DNA of 64,000 nt from Callorhinchus milii. Taxonomy: Eukaryota. Under the pieces are notes generated by a model. The model was not told the origin of the DNA. It made no database searches and saw only the letters and a program-made list of their open reading frames with translations. Below are positions 43,225-55,786 of the stretch, one piece after another. The number at the start of each line of letters is the position of its first letter. Within the stretch, counting starts at the first letter, position 1. The stretch spans positions 9,612,001 through 9,676,000 of the forward strand of contig NW_024704743.1 of NCBI RefSeq assembly GCF_018977255.1, read 5' to 3'. Made by a program: the position numbers and the translations under genes.

Positions 43225-44436
43225 GAGATCTGTCACTCACACTGAGGGGGGAGTGGGCATTCCTGTCACACTCACACTGAGAGAGAGAGAGAGGGGGGGG
43301 GCAGTCCTGTCACACTCACACTGAGAGAGGGGGGGGGGGCACTCCTGTCACACTCACACTGAGAGAGAGAGGGGGGGGGCAGTCCTGTCACACTCACACT
43401 GAGAGAGAGAGAGAGGGGGGGGAACAGTCCTGTCACACTCACACTGAGAGAGAGAGAGGGGGGGGGGGGCAGTCCTGTCACACTCACACTGAGAGAGAGA
43501 GAGAGGGGGGGGAACAGTCCTGTCACACTCACACTGAGAGAGGGGGGGGGGCACTCCTGTCACACTCACACTGAGAGAGAGAGAGGGGGGGGGGGCAGTC
43601 CTGTCACACTCACACTGAGAGAGGGGGGGGGGGCACTCCTGTCACACTCACACTGAGAGAGAGAGGGGGGGGGAACAGTCCTGTCACACTCACACTGAGA
43701 GAGAGAGAGGGGGGGGGGGGCAGTCCTGTCACACTCACACTGAGAGAGAGGGGGGGGGGGGGGGCAGTCCTGTCACACTCACACTGAGAGAGAGAGAGGG
43801 GGGGGGGGGGCAGTCCTGTCACACTCACACTGAGCGAGAGAGAGGGGGGGGGGCAGTCCTGTCACACTCACACTGAGAGAGAGAGAGGGGGGAGTGGGCA
43901 TTCCTGTCACACTCACACTGAGAGAGAGAGGGGGGGGGGCAGTCCTGTCACACTCACACTGAGAGAGAGAGAGGGGGGGGGGCAGTCCTGTCACACTCAC
44001 ACTGAGAGAGAGAGAGGGGGGGGGGGGCAGTCCTGTCACACTCACACTGAGAGAGAGAGGGGGGGGGGAACAGTCCTGTCACACTCACACTGAGAGAGAG
44101 AGAGGGGGGGGGCATTCCTGTCACACTCACACTGATAGAGAGGGGGGGGCATTCCTGTCACACTCACACTGAGAGAGAGAGGGGGGGGAACAGTCCTGTC
44201 ACACTCACACTGAGAGAGGGGGGGGGCAGTCCTGTCACACTCACACTGAGAGAGGGGGGGGGGGCACTCCTGTCACACTCACACTGAGAGAGGGGGGGGG
44301 GCACTCCTGTCACACTCACACTGAGAGAGAGGGGGGGGCACTCCTGTCACACTCACACTGAGAGAGAGGGGGGGGGGCACTCCTGTCACACTCACACTGA
44401 GAGAGGGGGGGGGGGGCACTCCTGTCACACTCACAC
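43225..44436. repeat. Minisatellite of about 30 units of about 40 bp: CCTGTCACACTCACACT(GA)n(G)n CAGT/CACT/AACAGT
   Basis: Constant core with variable-length GA and G tracts. Confidence 0.95.
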
Positions 44437-45280
44437 AAACTGAGAATCAGTGCAGCACATTCCTGTCATATTGACACAGGCTGTGAGTGAGGTTGATCTT
44501 CACTCTTTACAACCATAGAAAGTTATAGCATGGAACAGGGCCGTTGTGTCTGTACATGTGAGGCAGAACTCCTCAAGCACAAGATGAGTGTTGGTTTTTA
44601 TTTGGCAATGTTGTGCTTCTGGTTTATGTGTGTGTTTGATATACTTTGGGATTTCATGCAGTACATTTTGTCTGTTTGTTTGTGTCTTTGGTTATGTCAG
44701 GAAAGCTTTAACAGCCTCACCAGTCTCTTTGGCATTTTAGGGTTCTGCAGATGGGACAGGATGTGATGGACCTGAAGATTCATCTCAGTTCACCATCTTG
44801 CAAAGTGAGAATTTGTACACTATTTCACAATTGGATTCCCATTCATTCCTTGCTCTTTCCTGATTCTTCTTGATGTATTTGTATTTCCTGAGCATGTGGA
44901 TTTAGACTGAATATCCCCCCAGGAGTCTAACTAGGTAGTCTATTTATGGTAGTGGAGGACGGTTTCAATTGCTGGGAGAAAGATTTCATCTGTAATCTTT
45001 CAGAATTAGCTGAATTCAGTTTGAAGGTTGATGAAAAATTAATGGTAGCCTTTGAATGCCTATGTCATGTTGGGACTTGAAGCCCCCAGCCCGGGGTACA
45101 GGTTGGTCTTTGGGATATATTGCATTTCAATGGTTCTCATGCCTTGATGTACGTGCAAATTTTATCAACACTTTTGTACGATGTGGCCTCTGCTTCTCTT
45201 CTATCCCTGTCAGTGTGAGTCCCTATTTCAAAGGTGACTCAACCAAGTCAGAGTCACACACAGACAGGTATTCCCAGTTA

Positions 45281-45690
45281 ACAACAACAACAACAAGATT
45301 CCATTTATTGAGCGCCTTTCACGTCGGGAGGACGTCCCAAGGCGCTATACAGTTGGGTCAGGACCCGAGCAGGGGGGAAATGGTCAGGGTGAGGGGAGGG
45401 AAGGGAGGGAGCGAGGAGGGGGTAGAGAGTCGAGAGGGGAGCTGAAGGCCCGGTCAAAGAGAAAGGTCTTGAGACCAGCCTTGAAGGAGGAAAGGGAGGA
45501 AGCAGCGAAGGCACTGGGGGATAGAGTTCCAGAGCCTAGGGGCTGAGATGCTGAAGGCCTGGCCACCGATGGTAGGGCGGTTGGGGCGGGGGATGTGGAG
45601 CAGACCGGAGCCAGAGGAACGGAGGGTACGGGCAGGTAGGTAGGGGTAAGTAGGTCGGAGAGGTAAGAGGGAGCAAGGCCGTGAATGGCC
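45281..45690 (-). mobile_element. Young L2 3' fragment
   Basis: Reverse complement of the same subfamily's 3' end. Confidence 0.9.
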
Positions 45691-46559
45691 GGTAACTGGA
45701 ATGTCTAATCGGAGTCTGATTGCACTGGTAGATCTCTCATGTTGACAACTATGCTCCGAAGTGCTTACTCCTTTTCTTGTCTAACATACTACAGAGACTC
45801 AAGGATACATTTGGTGGAAACAACAGCACTTTATTAAAACCTAGCAAACCGAGGCTGCCTTGTATATAAGGAATATAACAATGGAAGATACATTCTTATT
45901 ATGATATACAACAATGGGATCAAACATAACAATCACACATAACTATCAGAACTGGCAGCACAATTCTACATTAGTAAAGAAACATGATACTAACCCTGAT
46001 TGTACAGTAGTGGAGGACATGACATCCCCCACATTTGGTCAGTCGTAGATTTCTGATACTGACTCTAGAGTCACTTCACCTTTCAGAAAAAATTTGTAAT
46101 CTGTTTGTCTTGATCTCAAGAGAGATTTGGATGAACTGGAACCCAAGATGATTTTTAAATGAGGCCAGTGTTATGGCCTTCACTATCCTTCCTGATGTTG
46201 AAGGACAGAACACTGGCCTTAATGTCAATTACCCTTTTGTGTAAACAAATATTCCTGATGTCTGTTCTAAACTTGCCCTTCAGTACCTTGAAACTGTAAC
46301 CTCTTATGCTTCTTGCCTTGCTATTTGTTAAACTATTCCAGCTGGGTTAGTTTTTCTTCTCTTTAAGAATCTTACAAAAAGGTTCCCCCCAATATATCTC
46401 CTTTTGTGGTTGAAGAGAACTAAACCTTAATAATGGATATAAAAAATCAACAAATCTAGAACAGAGAGATATGTACTCAAGCTCAGATGAGAGAAGATAA
46501 ACAGGCAATTCACATTTAATTCCTTTTCACAGTCATGAATATACCTAGGAGTCACAAAT

Positions 46560-47765
46560 TACAGTGGCTAAATTTGCAGATGACACAAAGCCAATGAAGG
46601 TGGTAGACTGCAGTGATGAATGGGATAGGTTACAGGAGGATTTGAATATTTTGGGGAATTGGACAGATTGATGGCAGATTAAATTTAATGTAGAGAAATG
46701 CAAAGTGCTTCACTTGGGAACAAAAAAATCCAGGAAGGGACTATTATTGAAACGGTAAGAAAATAATCTGTATGGAAAATGAAAAGGACCTGGGGATCTT
46801 AATTGATGATAAATTGAAGCTATCCCAACAATGCTCAATAGCAGTGGGTGAGGCAAACTAGATGCTAGGCTGTATTAAAATAATAATAATCCTTGCATTT
46901 GATTTAGCGCTTTTCATGTCTTCTAGACGTCTCAACGCACTTCAGAGAATATGCTGTAAAGTAAATTGACTGTATATTTGTGGGCAAAACACAGCAACCA
47001 ATTGCGCACAGCAGTGTCCCACAGACACGCGTAGATTGAAAATGACCAATTTATTATTGTTTTGTTTTGGAAGGATTATTATTAGGTGTGTGGAGTAAGG
47101 AAACTTGCCCAAGGTTTCGCCCTGCCTGGTATTGAACCCAGGTGTCTCGCTTGCAAGGGCGATATTGAGACGAAATAGTGGGGTAATCCTGCCACTTTAC
47201 AAATCATTGGTGAGACCGCACTTGGAATACCGTGTGCAGTGTTGGTCACCGCAATATAAAATGGATATTGCAGCGATTGAGAGGATAAACAGGAGGGCAA
47301 CCAAAATGAATGAGGGCTGGAGGGACTGGACTATGAGGAGCAATTAGATAAACTGGGCATGTTCACACTGGAGAAGAGAAGGTTGAGGGGAGATATGTTT
47401 GCCGTCTTTAACATTCTGAAGGGAATAGTTAATGTAGATCATGATAAGCTGTTTTATCTTGTACTGAACAGTAGAACCAGAGGACACGGCCTGTGATTGA
47501 AGGGGGGTAAATTTAGAACAAATCTGCGGAAACACTACCTCAGTGAGCGAGTAGTAAATTTATGGAACAGGCTCCCTAGGGAGACAGTGAAAGCAGAAAA
47601 TATCATTTGTTTCAAGAACAAATTAGCTAGATTTCTGCTAGAAAATAATCTCTCAGAATACAGTATATAGTATGGGGCACGACATGTCAGCGACTGCCAG
47701 GATGGTGGAAGGCAAACTAGATGGATCTTGGTCTTCTTTTGCCTAGCAAATTCTTATGTTCTTAT
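46560..47765 (+). mobile_element. CR1 LINE (different subfamily) interrupted by a SINE
   Basis: KFADDTK, KFNVEKCK, LVRPHLEY, LEKRRLRGD motifs; (TTCTTATG)2 tail. Confidence 0.85.
46880..47160 (-). mobile_element. Same SINE family, nested in a CR1
   Basis: Interrupts CR1 RT sequence, which resumes (VILPLYKSLVRPHLEY) afterwards. Confidence 0.8.
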
Positions 47766-48914
47766 GAGTTGGTGCAGGCAGATTGCGTCAGGTAATTCAA
47801 GGGAGAATTAAATATCTATTTTGCGAAAAAAAACAATAATAATTATCCTTTCATTTGATATAGTGCTTTTCTAGTTTGGAAGACATCTCTAAGTACTTCA
47901 CAAGATCTATTGTAAAATACAGAAAACATGTATTTTGTTGGTGAATGCGGGGGCAGCCAATTTCCACATAGCAATGTCCAACAAACAGCTATGATATGAA
48001 TGAGCTTTTTTTTTTATTTGTGGGATTGTTGGCCAGGACTCCATGCAAAAACCTCTTCTCTGTTCAAATGGTTTATAAATTCATGGAGGATACAACTAAG
48101 ATACAGGCCATTCGGCTCATCAAGTCTGGCTGGTATTCATGAGCAATGGGATCTTTAATATGTATGAGAAATTGTGTGGAGTTGGATAATTTATATTGTA
48201 ATTATTTACTTTGGGATCAGGCAGCTAGACTACATTGAACTTTTACGTTCCTGGTGGAGTTTTGGACTTTTACGTTCCTGATGGAGGGTGAAGGGCAGGG
48301 AGGGTGGCCGAAGGCTCGGTCGAAGAGGAGGGTCTTGAAGGAAACTAACAAGCTAAATTAAGTAATTTTATTGAGTGAGCAGGAATAATTTGTGTTTAAT
48401 TATATGCTTCTTTTTGTGTTTTGGTTCAAATACAGTGCGATCAAATGTCAAATATAATTATTGTGGTTTGTTTTTGTGCAAATTCAAAGCATCAGGGCTC
48501 CTCTTCAAATGGATTTTGAATGCCCATTGACTGCCTCAGATTGACTGTGTGTTGTACAAATTGCTTCTCTTGTATCTCTTAAGTTCCCTGGAGTACAGTT
48601 CCTACATTACAGGGATTACATTATTGCTTTTTGAGACCCTTGAGCATACCTAGAACTTCTGATTTGCTATTATTGAAGTTACAATCATGTGTTGAATCTT
48701 GGGTGGCATATTGTGCAAGCCCTCTCTAGTAAAAAAATCTCTAAGAATATGTTTACCATCTCCAGTTTGCCTTCTTTCATGACTCCCTTAGGGATTCATT
48801 TCCTCCCTGACTAATCTCTTTGTATAAGAAATTATGTTATGATGTTGGATACATTTTATCTATGAAAAGCTAACATACCATCCGTTCTTTGAATGAGAAT
48901 TTAGCCCACGTTCC

Positions 48915-49680
48915 GGCTACATGTTCAAGTGGATGTTAGAAATCCCATTGCACAATTCGATAAGAGAAGGTTTTTTTTCCCCAGAATCCTGGCCAACAAG
49001 CCCCCGGATAAAATTGGTCACTCACTTCATGGATATTTGAGGGACATTGCTGTGTGTATCTTGGCTGTCAGATTAGTCTACAAATTACACAGTCCTGCTT
49101 TACAGTAAATCTTGTGAAGCATAAGGCAACTTGATAACATGATAAAATACAAGGATTATTCATTATTCTGTTTTACTCTTATAGCTACACATACTCTATC
49201 AGATAAACGCGATATTCTCACTTTATATTTTGGAATCATAGGAAATTTATAGTACAAAGGATCCATTCACTTCATCTTGGTCTGCTGATGTCAGGTTCCC
49301 GACTGGAGTTAACTGAGACCCTAACCTTTTCCTCATACTCTTTAATATTATCGTTTGCTTTAAGAATTTATCCAATTCCCTGATGTAACCTGACTTATTT
49401 GGAAACACTTTTGCCTCTGAGTCAGAAGGTTGTGGGTTCAAGCCCTACATTGGGACTCCAATGCAGTGTTAGAAGAGTGTTTGTTCCATTTGTTGGAGGC
49501 ATTATCTTTCAGAAAAGATATTAAACAGTAGTTAATCTGCCTGTTCAGGTGCAAATTAAAGATCTCATGGCACTATTCAAAAATAGAAAGGAGTTTCTTT
49601 CAGTGTCCTGGCCAACAATCATTTCACAGCATATCTAACAAAATAACATCCTTTCTTTTCATTCCATTTTGGAATATTAA
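48915..49680 (+). mobile_element. Two older Deu-domain SINE remnants (about 48915-49165 and 49395-49680)
   Basis: AAAGATCTCATGGCACTATTC...GTGTCCTGGCCAAC core; tRNA-like head GAGTCAGAAGGTTGTGGGTTCAAGCCC. Confidence 0.6.
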
Positions 49681-51661
49681 TGCAGCCATCACCCACGAGG
49701 TGGCAATATCTAGTCAGAATCGTGCTCACTTTGACTAAAGAAAATTGCTCACTTTTTAATCAAATGCAGATCATTTGATATTTATTAAAAATGGAAGCAA
49801 ATTAATTCTGCATTTTGCAGAATAAAAGGCATGAATTCGCCCCCTCCCTCTTTGACTTTAAATCCTGCCTTATCTTTTTCATTATTGGTCACCTTTCCTG
49901 GCTCAACTCCTCCCCCACTCACCCCTGCTTCTGCTTTAAGTCAGCCGTGTGAAGCATTTAGAGACATCCTGCTGGTGCGGTGGCTCCAACGTGACAACGG
50001 AATGTCAGAATCGATCCAGCCCTGAGCCAGGCGGGTCCACAGTATTCCAGGTCACTGCTGATGACAGCACAGGCAGCTTGGCTGATTGGCAAGTCATGGA
50101 AGGGCAGACCAGTCACTGGGGACAGGGAGTCATCCCAGTCAGCTTCTGTTAACCTTGCAAGCCAAAGTCCTTACGGTGATCCTAGCTGGACAAGCAGATG
50201 GACAGCTTGCCAGACAGCAATATTAATGTCAATTTATGCAGTTTCGCTGGTTAAACTCCAGCAGTTACCCCAACTCTGGGGTCCCGAAGCCTTGGCTCTT
50301 GCCAACCTGCACATAATACTTTCCAGAATTATGTAAGCAGGATGCATCCCTCCAGGGAGAGAGTGCGCATTCCATTCCAACAATCTATCTCTGGTATTTC
50401 CATGTGTAGGTGGGGCACATGGAAATCTCAGCTTGGTTTGGATACTCTTAAGCATGGTGATGGGTTTCCGGTTAATGGTGGTGAGGGGAGAGAGTGCCCA
50501 TCTTGGTAAAGGCAGAGTGAGCAAGTGGGTGGGGGGATGCAGCTATATTTGAGGCTAGCATGGAGCCTGCGTGGTGAGGAGGAGTAAAGGGAAGTGGCTA
50601 TCTCTCTACATATCACCTCCCCTTAAAGAGGGTTTTGGGGTGGAGGGGTGTAAGCCCCCTCCAACCTTAGCCACTCTGTACTTAAAGAAAACGGGAGCCA
50701 TTTTCACAGCGGCATTTGAGCAGTGATAGCTCTCTGGAAATTTCCTGATTTCCCAAATAGCCAGTCTACCTCTGATTAGGGGAACGTACGTCAATATTTG
50801 CAGAGAATGCAAAGCAAGGAATTTTATTTATTCAGTACTTACCCTGCAAATTCTGTTGAATTTGTTGGCACCTTGAATGATATTTCTAAGGATGGTAAAG
50901 GAAGCCATAGATGGACAAGCAGTGTAAAAACTTAACAATGCCTCCTGCTGACAGCCTGCTCATTCATTATTGGTTCATTTCCTGTGAATATGCTGGGTCC
51001 CTATTCATCTAAGGAAGTTAATGTTCAAGACCAGGAAAGAGGGGCCTTGTCCATATGGCAGGTCTCAAATAAAAACAAAACAGAATATCCTACCACACCT
51101 TGTCAATTGAATTTTCTTGGAGAAATAGTAATGCTCTTTGAATCTGCCATCACTGCAGGTAAAAATACTGTAACCTATACTGGAAATTGAACCCAGAGCT
51201 TGGGGATATATTACCAGATGCTAATATAATAATAATTATCATGTATTTGATGGGGCGCCTTATTCAATTGTCGAGACGTTTCAAAGTGCTTCACAGTATG
51301 GAGTGACTGCCTGTAAGGTGGGCAAATCTATTGAATGTATTGAACTAGTTGGCTGACTACAACATGATGTAACTATCCCATATTTCTGGTAACCTAGGAC
51401 TGAGGTAAAGGTAAAGATAATTTAATGTATATGTTTTTACTTTTTCCCAGGAGAGAATTTTGGATAGTTAATATCTAAAGTAGAGCAATTTATCATTTGT
51501 GACAATTAAGCAACCACTAATTCGAGATGAGGAAAGGTGTGATTGTTTTTAATAAAATGCAACATTATTCCCTCAAGCAACTCTCTTATAATACTTATTG
51601 GCATTGCTTCTCTAAATTACAACTGCAAATTTAGGGGAGGGGGGAAAAAAAACAGTGTGTT

Positions 51662-51735
51662 TGGCCCGTACGGGGATCGAACCCGCGACCTTGGCGTTAT
51701 TAGCACCACGCTCTAACCAACTGAGCTAACCGGCC
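51662..51735 (-). tRNA. tRNA-Ile (anticodon AAT)
   Basis: GGCCGGTTAGCTCAGTTGGTTAGAGCGTGGTGCTAATAACGCCAAGGTCGCGGGTTCGATCCCCGTACGGGCCA; intact A and B boxes, followed by a T8 Pol III terminator. Confidence 0.97.
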
Positions 51736-51984
51736 AACGCCTAGACCTCTATAATAGCTTTCATTTCTAATGGACAGTTGTGTTTCCCCAGAGAGAAAGG
51801 GATCCACAGCACAGAAGCGAGTTATTCAGCCCATGGTGTCTGCGCCGGATCTTTTAAAGAGCGAACCTTCCAGTCCCCATTTCCCACCTTTCCCCCATTT
51901 CCCGGCCGTTCACTCTGTTCCATTGTGAAAGCTGACGTCTTCCCTCTGCGGATCTGAACTCCTCAATCTCCCTGGGCTCCCCCT

Positions 51985-52470
51985 CAGACTTACTGAACCA
52001 GTGAGCAACCTGGGCATCCGCATCCACCCCCGGACTGCCCTTCCCCCCCCCGCATCCAGTCCCTGACCAGGACCGCCTTCCTCCACCTCCGCCACCTCGC
52101 CCCCCTCCGCCACCTCGCCCCCCTCCGCCACCTCGCCCCCCTCCGCCACCTCGCCCCCCTCCGCTACCTCCTCCCTCCACAGGTTGCAGATAATCCAGAA
52201 CTCTGCAGCCCGTGTCCTCTCCCGCACCAAACTCGTGACACCATCTCCCCCATTCTCGCCCAACTCCAGTGGCTCCCTATCCTTCAGAGGATCCAGTTCA
52301 AGATCCTGGTCCTCACCTACAAAGCCCTCCATGGCCTCACCCCACCTTACCTCTGCGACCTCCTAACCCCGTACCAACCCGCCCCCTCCCTCCGCTCAGC
52401 CGGCTCTGACCTGCTCCACGTCCCCGACCCACCCTCCCCACCATTGGTGAGAGAGCCTTCAGCCACTCGA
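51985..52470 (+). mobile_element. L2 fragment containing an 18-bp C-rich tandem repeat (about 52080-52170)
   Basis: LQIIQNSAARVLSRT; repeat unit CCTCCGCCACCTCGCCCC. Confidence 0.75.
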
Positions 52471-52522
52471 CCTCCACATCCTCAGACTCCTCAGATTACA
52501 ATAAACATTGACATTTACCAGA

Positions 52523-52921
52523 CAACAACAACAACAACAACAAGATTCCATTTATAAAGCGCCTTTCACGTCAGGAGGACGTCCCAAGGCGCTGCACAGT
52601 TGGGTCATGACCCGAGCAGGGGGGAAATGGTCAGGGTGAGGGGAGGGAAGGGAGGGAGCGAGGAGGGGGGAAATGGTCAGGGGAGGGGAGGGAAGGGAGG
52701 GAGCGAGGAGGGGGGAAATGGTCAGGGTGAGGGGAGGGAAGGGAGGGAGCGAGGAGGGGGGAAATGGTCAGGGTGAGGGGAGGGAAGGGAGGAGCGAGGA
52801 GGGGGGAAGTGAGGGTGAGGGAGGGAAGGGAGGGAGGAGGGGGGAAATGGTCAGGGTGAGGGAAGGGAGGGAGCGAGGAGGGGGAAGAGAGTCGAGAGGG
52901 GAGCTGAAGGCTCGGTCAAAG
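52523..52921 (-). mobile_element. Young L2 3' end with a tandemly amplified 3' UTR unit of about 46 bp
   Basis: (CAA)n tail, stem-loop, about 6 copies of GGGGGGAAATGGTCAGGGTGAGGGGAGGGAAGGGAGGGAGCGAGGA. Confidence 0.85.
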
Positions 52922-53204
52922 ACGGTGCCTTTCATGTCGGAAAGATTTCCCGGGGCGCTGGGCGGGGCGGGGCGGGGCAGGGGGTGTCGGGGCTGGGTGC
53001 GCCCGGGGGGGTAGTGACGGTCCAAAGCGATGTCTAGATGTCTCAAAGCACTTCACAGGCCAGTATTTTTACACACATATTTTTACTCTTCCTGTAAATA
53101 TTTAATATCCTGTAAGCATTTAAAAAGAACAGTTTTAAAATGTTAAATTATTACCAACACCTAATATTAAAAAATATATCACTCAAATAAAAATAAAAAA
53201 CGTG

Positions 53205-53278
53205 TGGCCCGTACGGGGATCGAACCCGCGACCTTGGCGTTATTAGCACCACGCTCTAACCAACTGAGCTAACCGGCC
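53205..53278 (-). tRNA. tRNA-Ile (anticodon AAT)
   Basis: Identical 74-nt sequence; T6 terminator 4 nt downstream. Confidence 0.97.
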
Positions 53279-53461
53279 GGTGCTCTTCACTGCCTCAAAC
53301 TGCACTGATAGCGGTGCCGCCCCGGGCCTGGTCCGTGTCTCTGTCAGTGTGTGTCAGCGAGAGCGCGTTCTCTCTCTTTACCCCCCACCTCCCTGGGGGC
53401 AGCGGCGGGGGAGGGGGGGACAAGGTGACCAGATTGGGTGGATTCACGCCCCAATTGGGAC

Positions 53462-53555
53462 ATGTTGTTGTTCTGATGGTTTTGGTGGTGGATGTTGTTG
53501 TTGTGGTGGATGTTGTTGTGGTGGTGGATGTTGTTGTTGTTGTGGATGTTGTTAC
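53462..53555. repeat. Mixed trinucleotide (GTT/GTG/GAT) microsatellite
   Basis: Direct reading. Confidence 0.85.
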
Positions 53556-53664
53556 CAAAAACAAGGGGCTCCCCAAGGGGACCGGCCAATTTTGAGGGGA
53601 GCAATTACGTGCCACAAGGGAAACAAATTAACAGGAGGTGATGATAGGATATCAAAAGTAAAAC

Positions 53665-53785
53665 AGGCTCGACCCGAAATGTTGATTCGCTTTCCTTTCT
53701 CTGTCGAGGCCGCCGCCTGATCCGCTGAGCGTTCCCAGCGACTTCTGCGCTTTTTGTTTTCAGATTTCCAGCATCTGCAGTAATT
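53665..53785 (+). mobile_element. Fragment resembling the Penelope-like terminal repeat common in cartilaginous fish
   Basis: GACCCGAAATGTT...CCTGATCCGCTGAG...TTTTCAGATTTCCAGCATCTGCAGTA; recognised from memory of such repeats, not by search. Confidence 0.45.
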
Positions 53786-54118
53786 CGGGGTTTGGTTTCT
53801 TTTTTTCTAAAAAAACACACACACCACACAGCGAAGCCCAGACCCCACTGGGCCCCGCCGGGCCTGAGCAGAGCAGAGCAGAGCAGAGCACTGCTGCCCC
53901 CACCCGACCCGCACAGCAACATGACACATACACCAATACATATACACACACACACACATATATATACACTGTATAATATTACCATTTGAAGATACTTTTG
54001 TCCTGCGTGAAATATACATTAAAACACGTCAAATATTTGGTGAGAAAAAACGTCAAATAATCAATGCGGCTGTTTCCGTGAATAAAATCTCCCTCTACAG
54101 CAATATATAGATATAAAA

Positions 54119-54149
<31 letters not shown>

Positions 54150-54295
54150 GTCTGTCGGTGAGTGTAAACTGATTAAACTATTAAATGATAATATAAACCC
54201 GTCCCATCAAATATAAACATAAACCAACTATAGATAGGAAATGTGGGCCCGCGCGCGCCTACAGATACTGCGAGGATGAGCTGCTGCTCGTCCCC

Positions 54296-54369
54296 GGCCG
54301 GTTAGCTCAGTTGGTTAGAGCGTGGTGCTAATAACGCCAAGGTCGCGGGTTCGATCCCCGTACGGGCCA
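54296..54369 (+). tRNA. tRNA-Ile (anticodon AAT)
   Basis: Identical 74-nt sequence; TTTT 3 nt downstream. Confidence 0.97.
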
Positions 54370-54608
54370 CTCTTTTGAAAGTTTTCGCTTTACATCATTT
54401 ACATTTACATTCATTTACCCCTCGGAAAATTAATTTAGGGTCAATATTTTTTGACGCTTCCGCACACTCAATTCGACCGCAATCCTCCTCCATGTGGAGA
54501 CATTTCGCCCACAACAACAACAACAACAACAACAAGATTCCATTTATAGAGCGCCTTTCACGTCAGGAGGACCACCACAACATATACATCAATTCACATG
54601 ACAGTAAA

Positions 54609-54900
54609 ATAATAATAATCCTTGCATTGGATATCCTGGTCTTCCAGACATCTCAAAGCGCTTCACAGGATACACTGTAAAGTGAATTGACTGTATATTT
54701 TGCAGGCAGTCAATTACGCACAGCGGTGTCCCATAAACAGTCACGGATTGAAGTGACCAATTTATTTATTTTTTAGGAATTGTTAACACCAGAAAAGTGA
54801 TCAGCTAATCAACTAACAACCAGGTTATATTCTGTGAAGCCCTTTGAGACATCTCAAAGACGTCATAAGGCGCCATATCAAATGCAAGAATTATTATTAG
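54609..54900. mobile_element. SINE fragment (-) joined to a SINE tail (+)
   Basis: Long-variant body on the minus strand to about 54825, then a plus-strand tail ending in (TTA)n. Confidence 0.65.
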
Positions 54901-55292
54901 TATGACACCCAACCAATTCTACTCTACGCCTCCACTCCTCTTGATTCTATCACTTCTGCTCTACATGGATGCACATTCCACCTCAAGGAGCCAGTGGGGA
55001 ACCTCTTGCTTGACTCTCAACTGTCCTTGAAACCCCACCTCCGCAACATTGCCTACCTCCGCCAATACCTCTCTCCTTGGGCCATCAAAACCACTATCCA
55101 TGTTTTTATCATGTCCATACTTGACTACTCCAACTCTTCCCTTGACAAGCTACAAACAATTGAGAACTCTGCAACTTGTGTCCTCTCAGTAGTGTGGTCT
55201 TGCCCCACCCTACCTCTGTGACATTCTAAAGCCCTCCCAACCTACCCGCTCCCTCTGCTCAGCAAGCACTGGACCGTTTCAAAGGTCGGTCT

Positions 55293-55786
55293 TGATAGAG
55301 GAAAAAGATGTTATGGTATGTTTAATTGTATATCGTAGCTTGTGCCCTGGCCTATTGCTGTGTAAACGCCTTTAAGCAGACATAAGTAAGTAGGTTAGAC
55401 TTGTTATTGTAGAATCCCGTTATCTGAAGGCCACAGTGTAAGGAACGGCGGGTGATAACATAGAAATGGCCTTCTAGCAAAACTGCAAGATTAGTACAGT
55501 TGAAACAAGCTGAAGCAAGAAGTGTGGGAACGCATGCAGCAAACCTGATTGGTCTGTAAGGAAAAACACCCCTTCTGTGTATTTTGTGTACTCCTGTATA
55601 AAACTTATTGGTACCGAAGAAGAGGATCTTTTGTCTGACAGGGAGACATTAGATCCTATTTGTATACGGGAACAATTGTGTGCTCCTGTATACAAGTAGA
55701 AATAAAAACCCATTCTTTGTTTCTTAAGTTTACTTGTATCAGATTTTTTCTCTCCAGATACAGACACATAATTCGCGGATCTAACA
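55293..55786 (+). mobile_element. Solo LTR (494 bp) with 4-bp target-site duplication GTCT
   Basis: TGATAGA...TCTAACA termini; GTCT at 55289-55292 and 55787-55790; internal ATTGG, TATAAAA and AATAAA in order; splits an L2 motif (GGTCT|CAAGACC). Confidence 0.8.

Noticed and set aside
43225..44436. CRISPR-like appearance (constant core with variable intervals)
   Set aside because: The intervals are only GA and G tracts, not unique spacers; vertebrate DNA with no cas genes.
53280..53720. Cys/Gly-rich, poly-Thr and His/Asn-rich ORFs
   Set aside because: Translations of a trinucleotide microsatellite.
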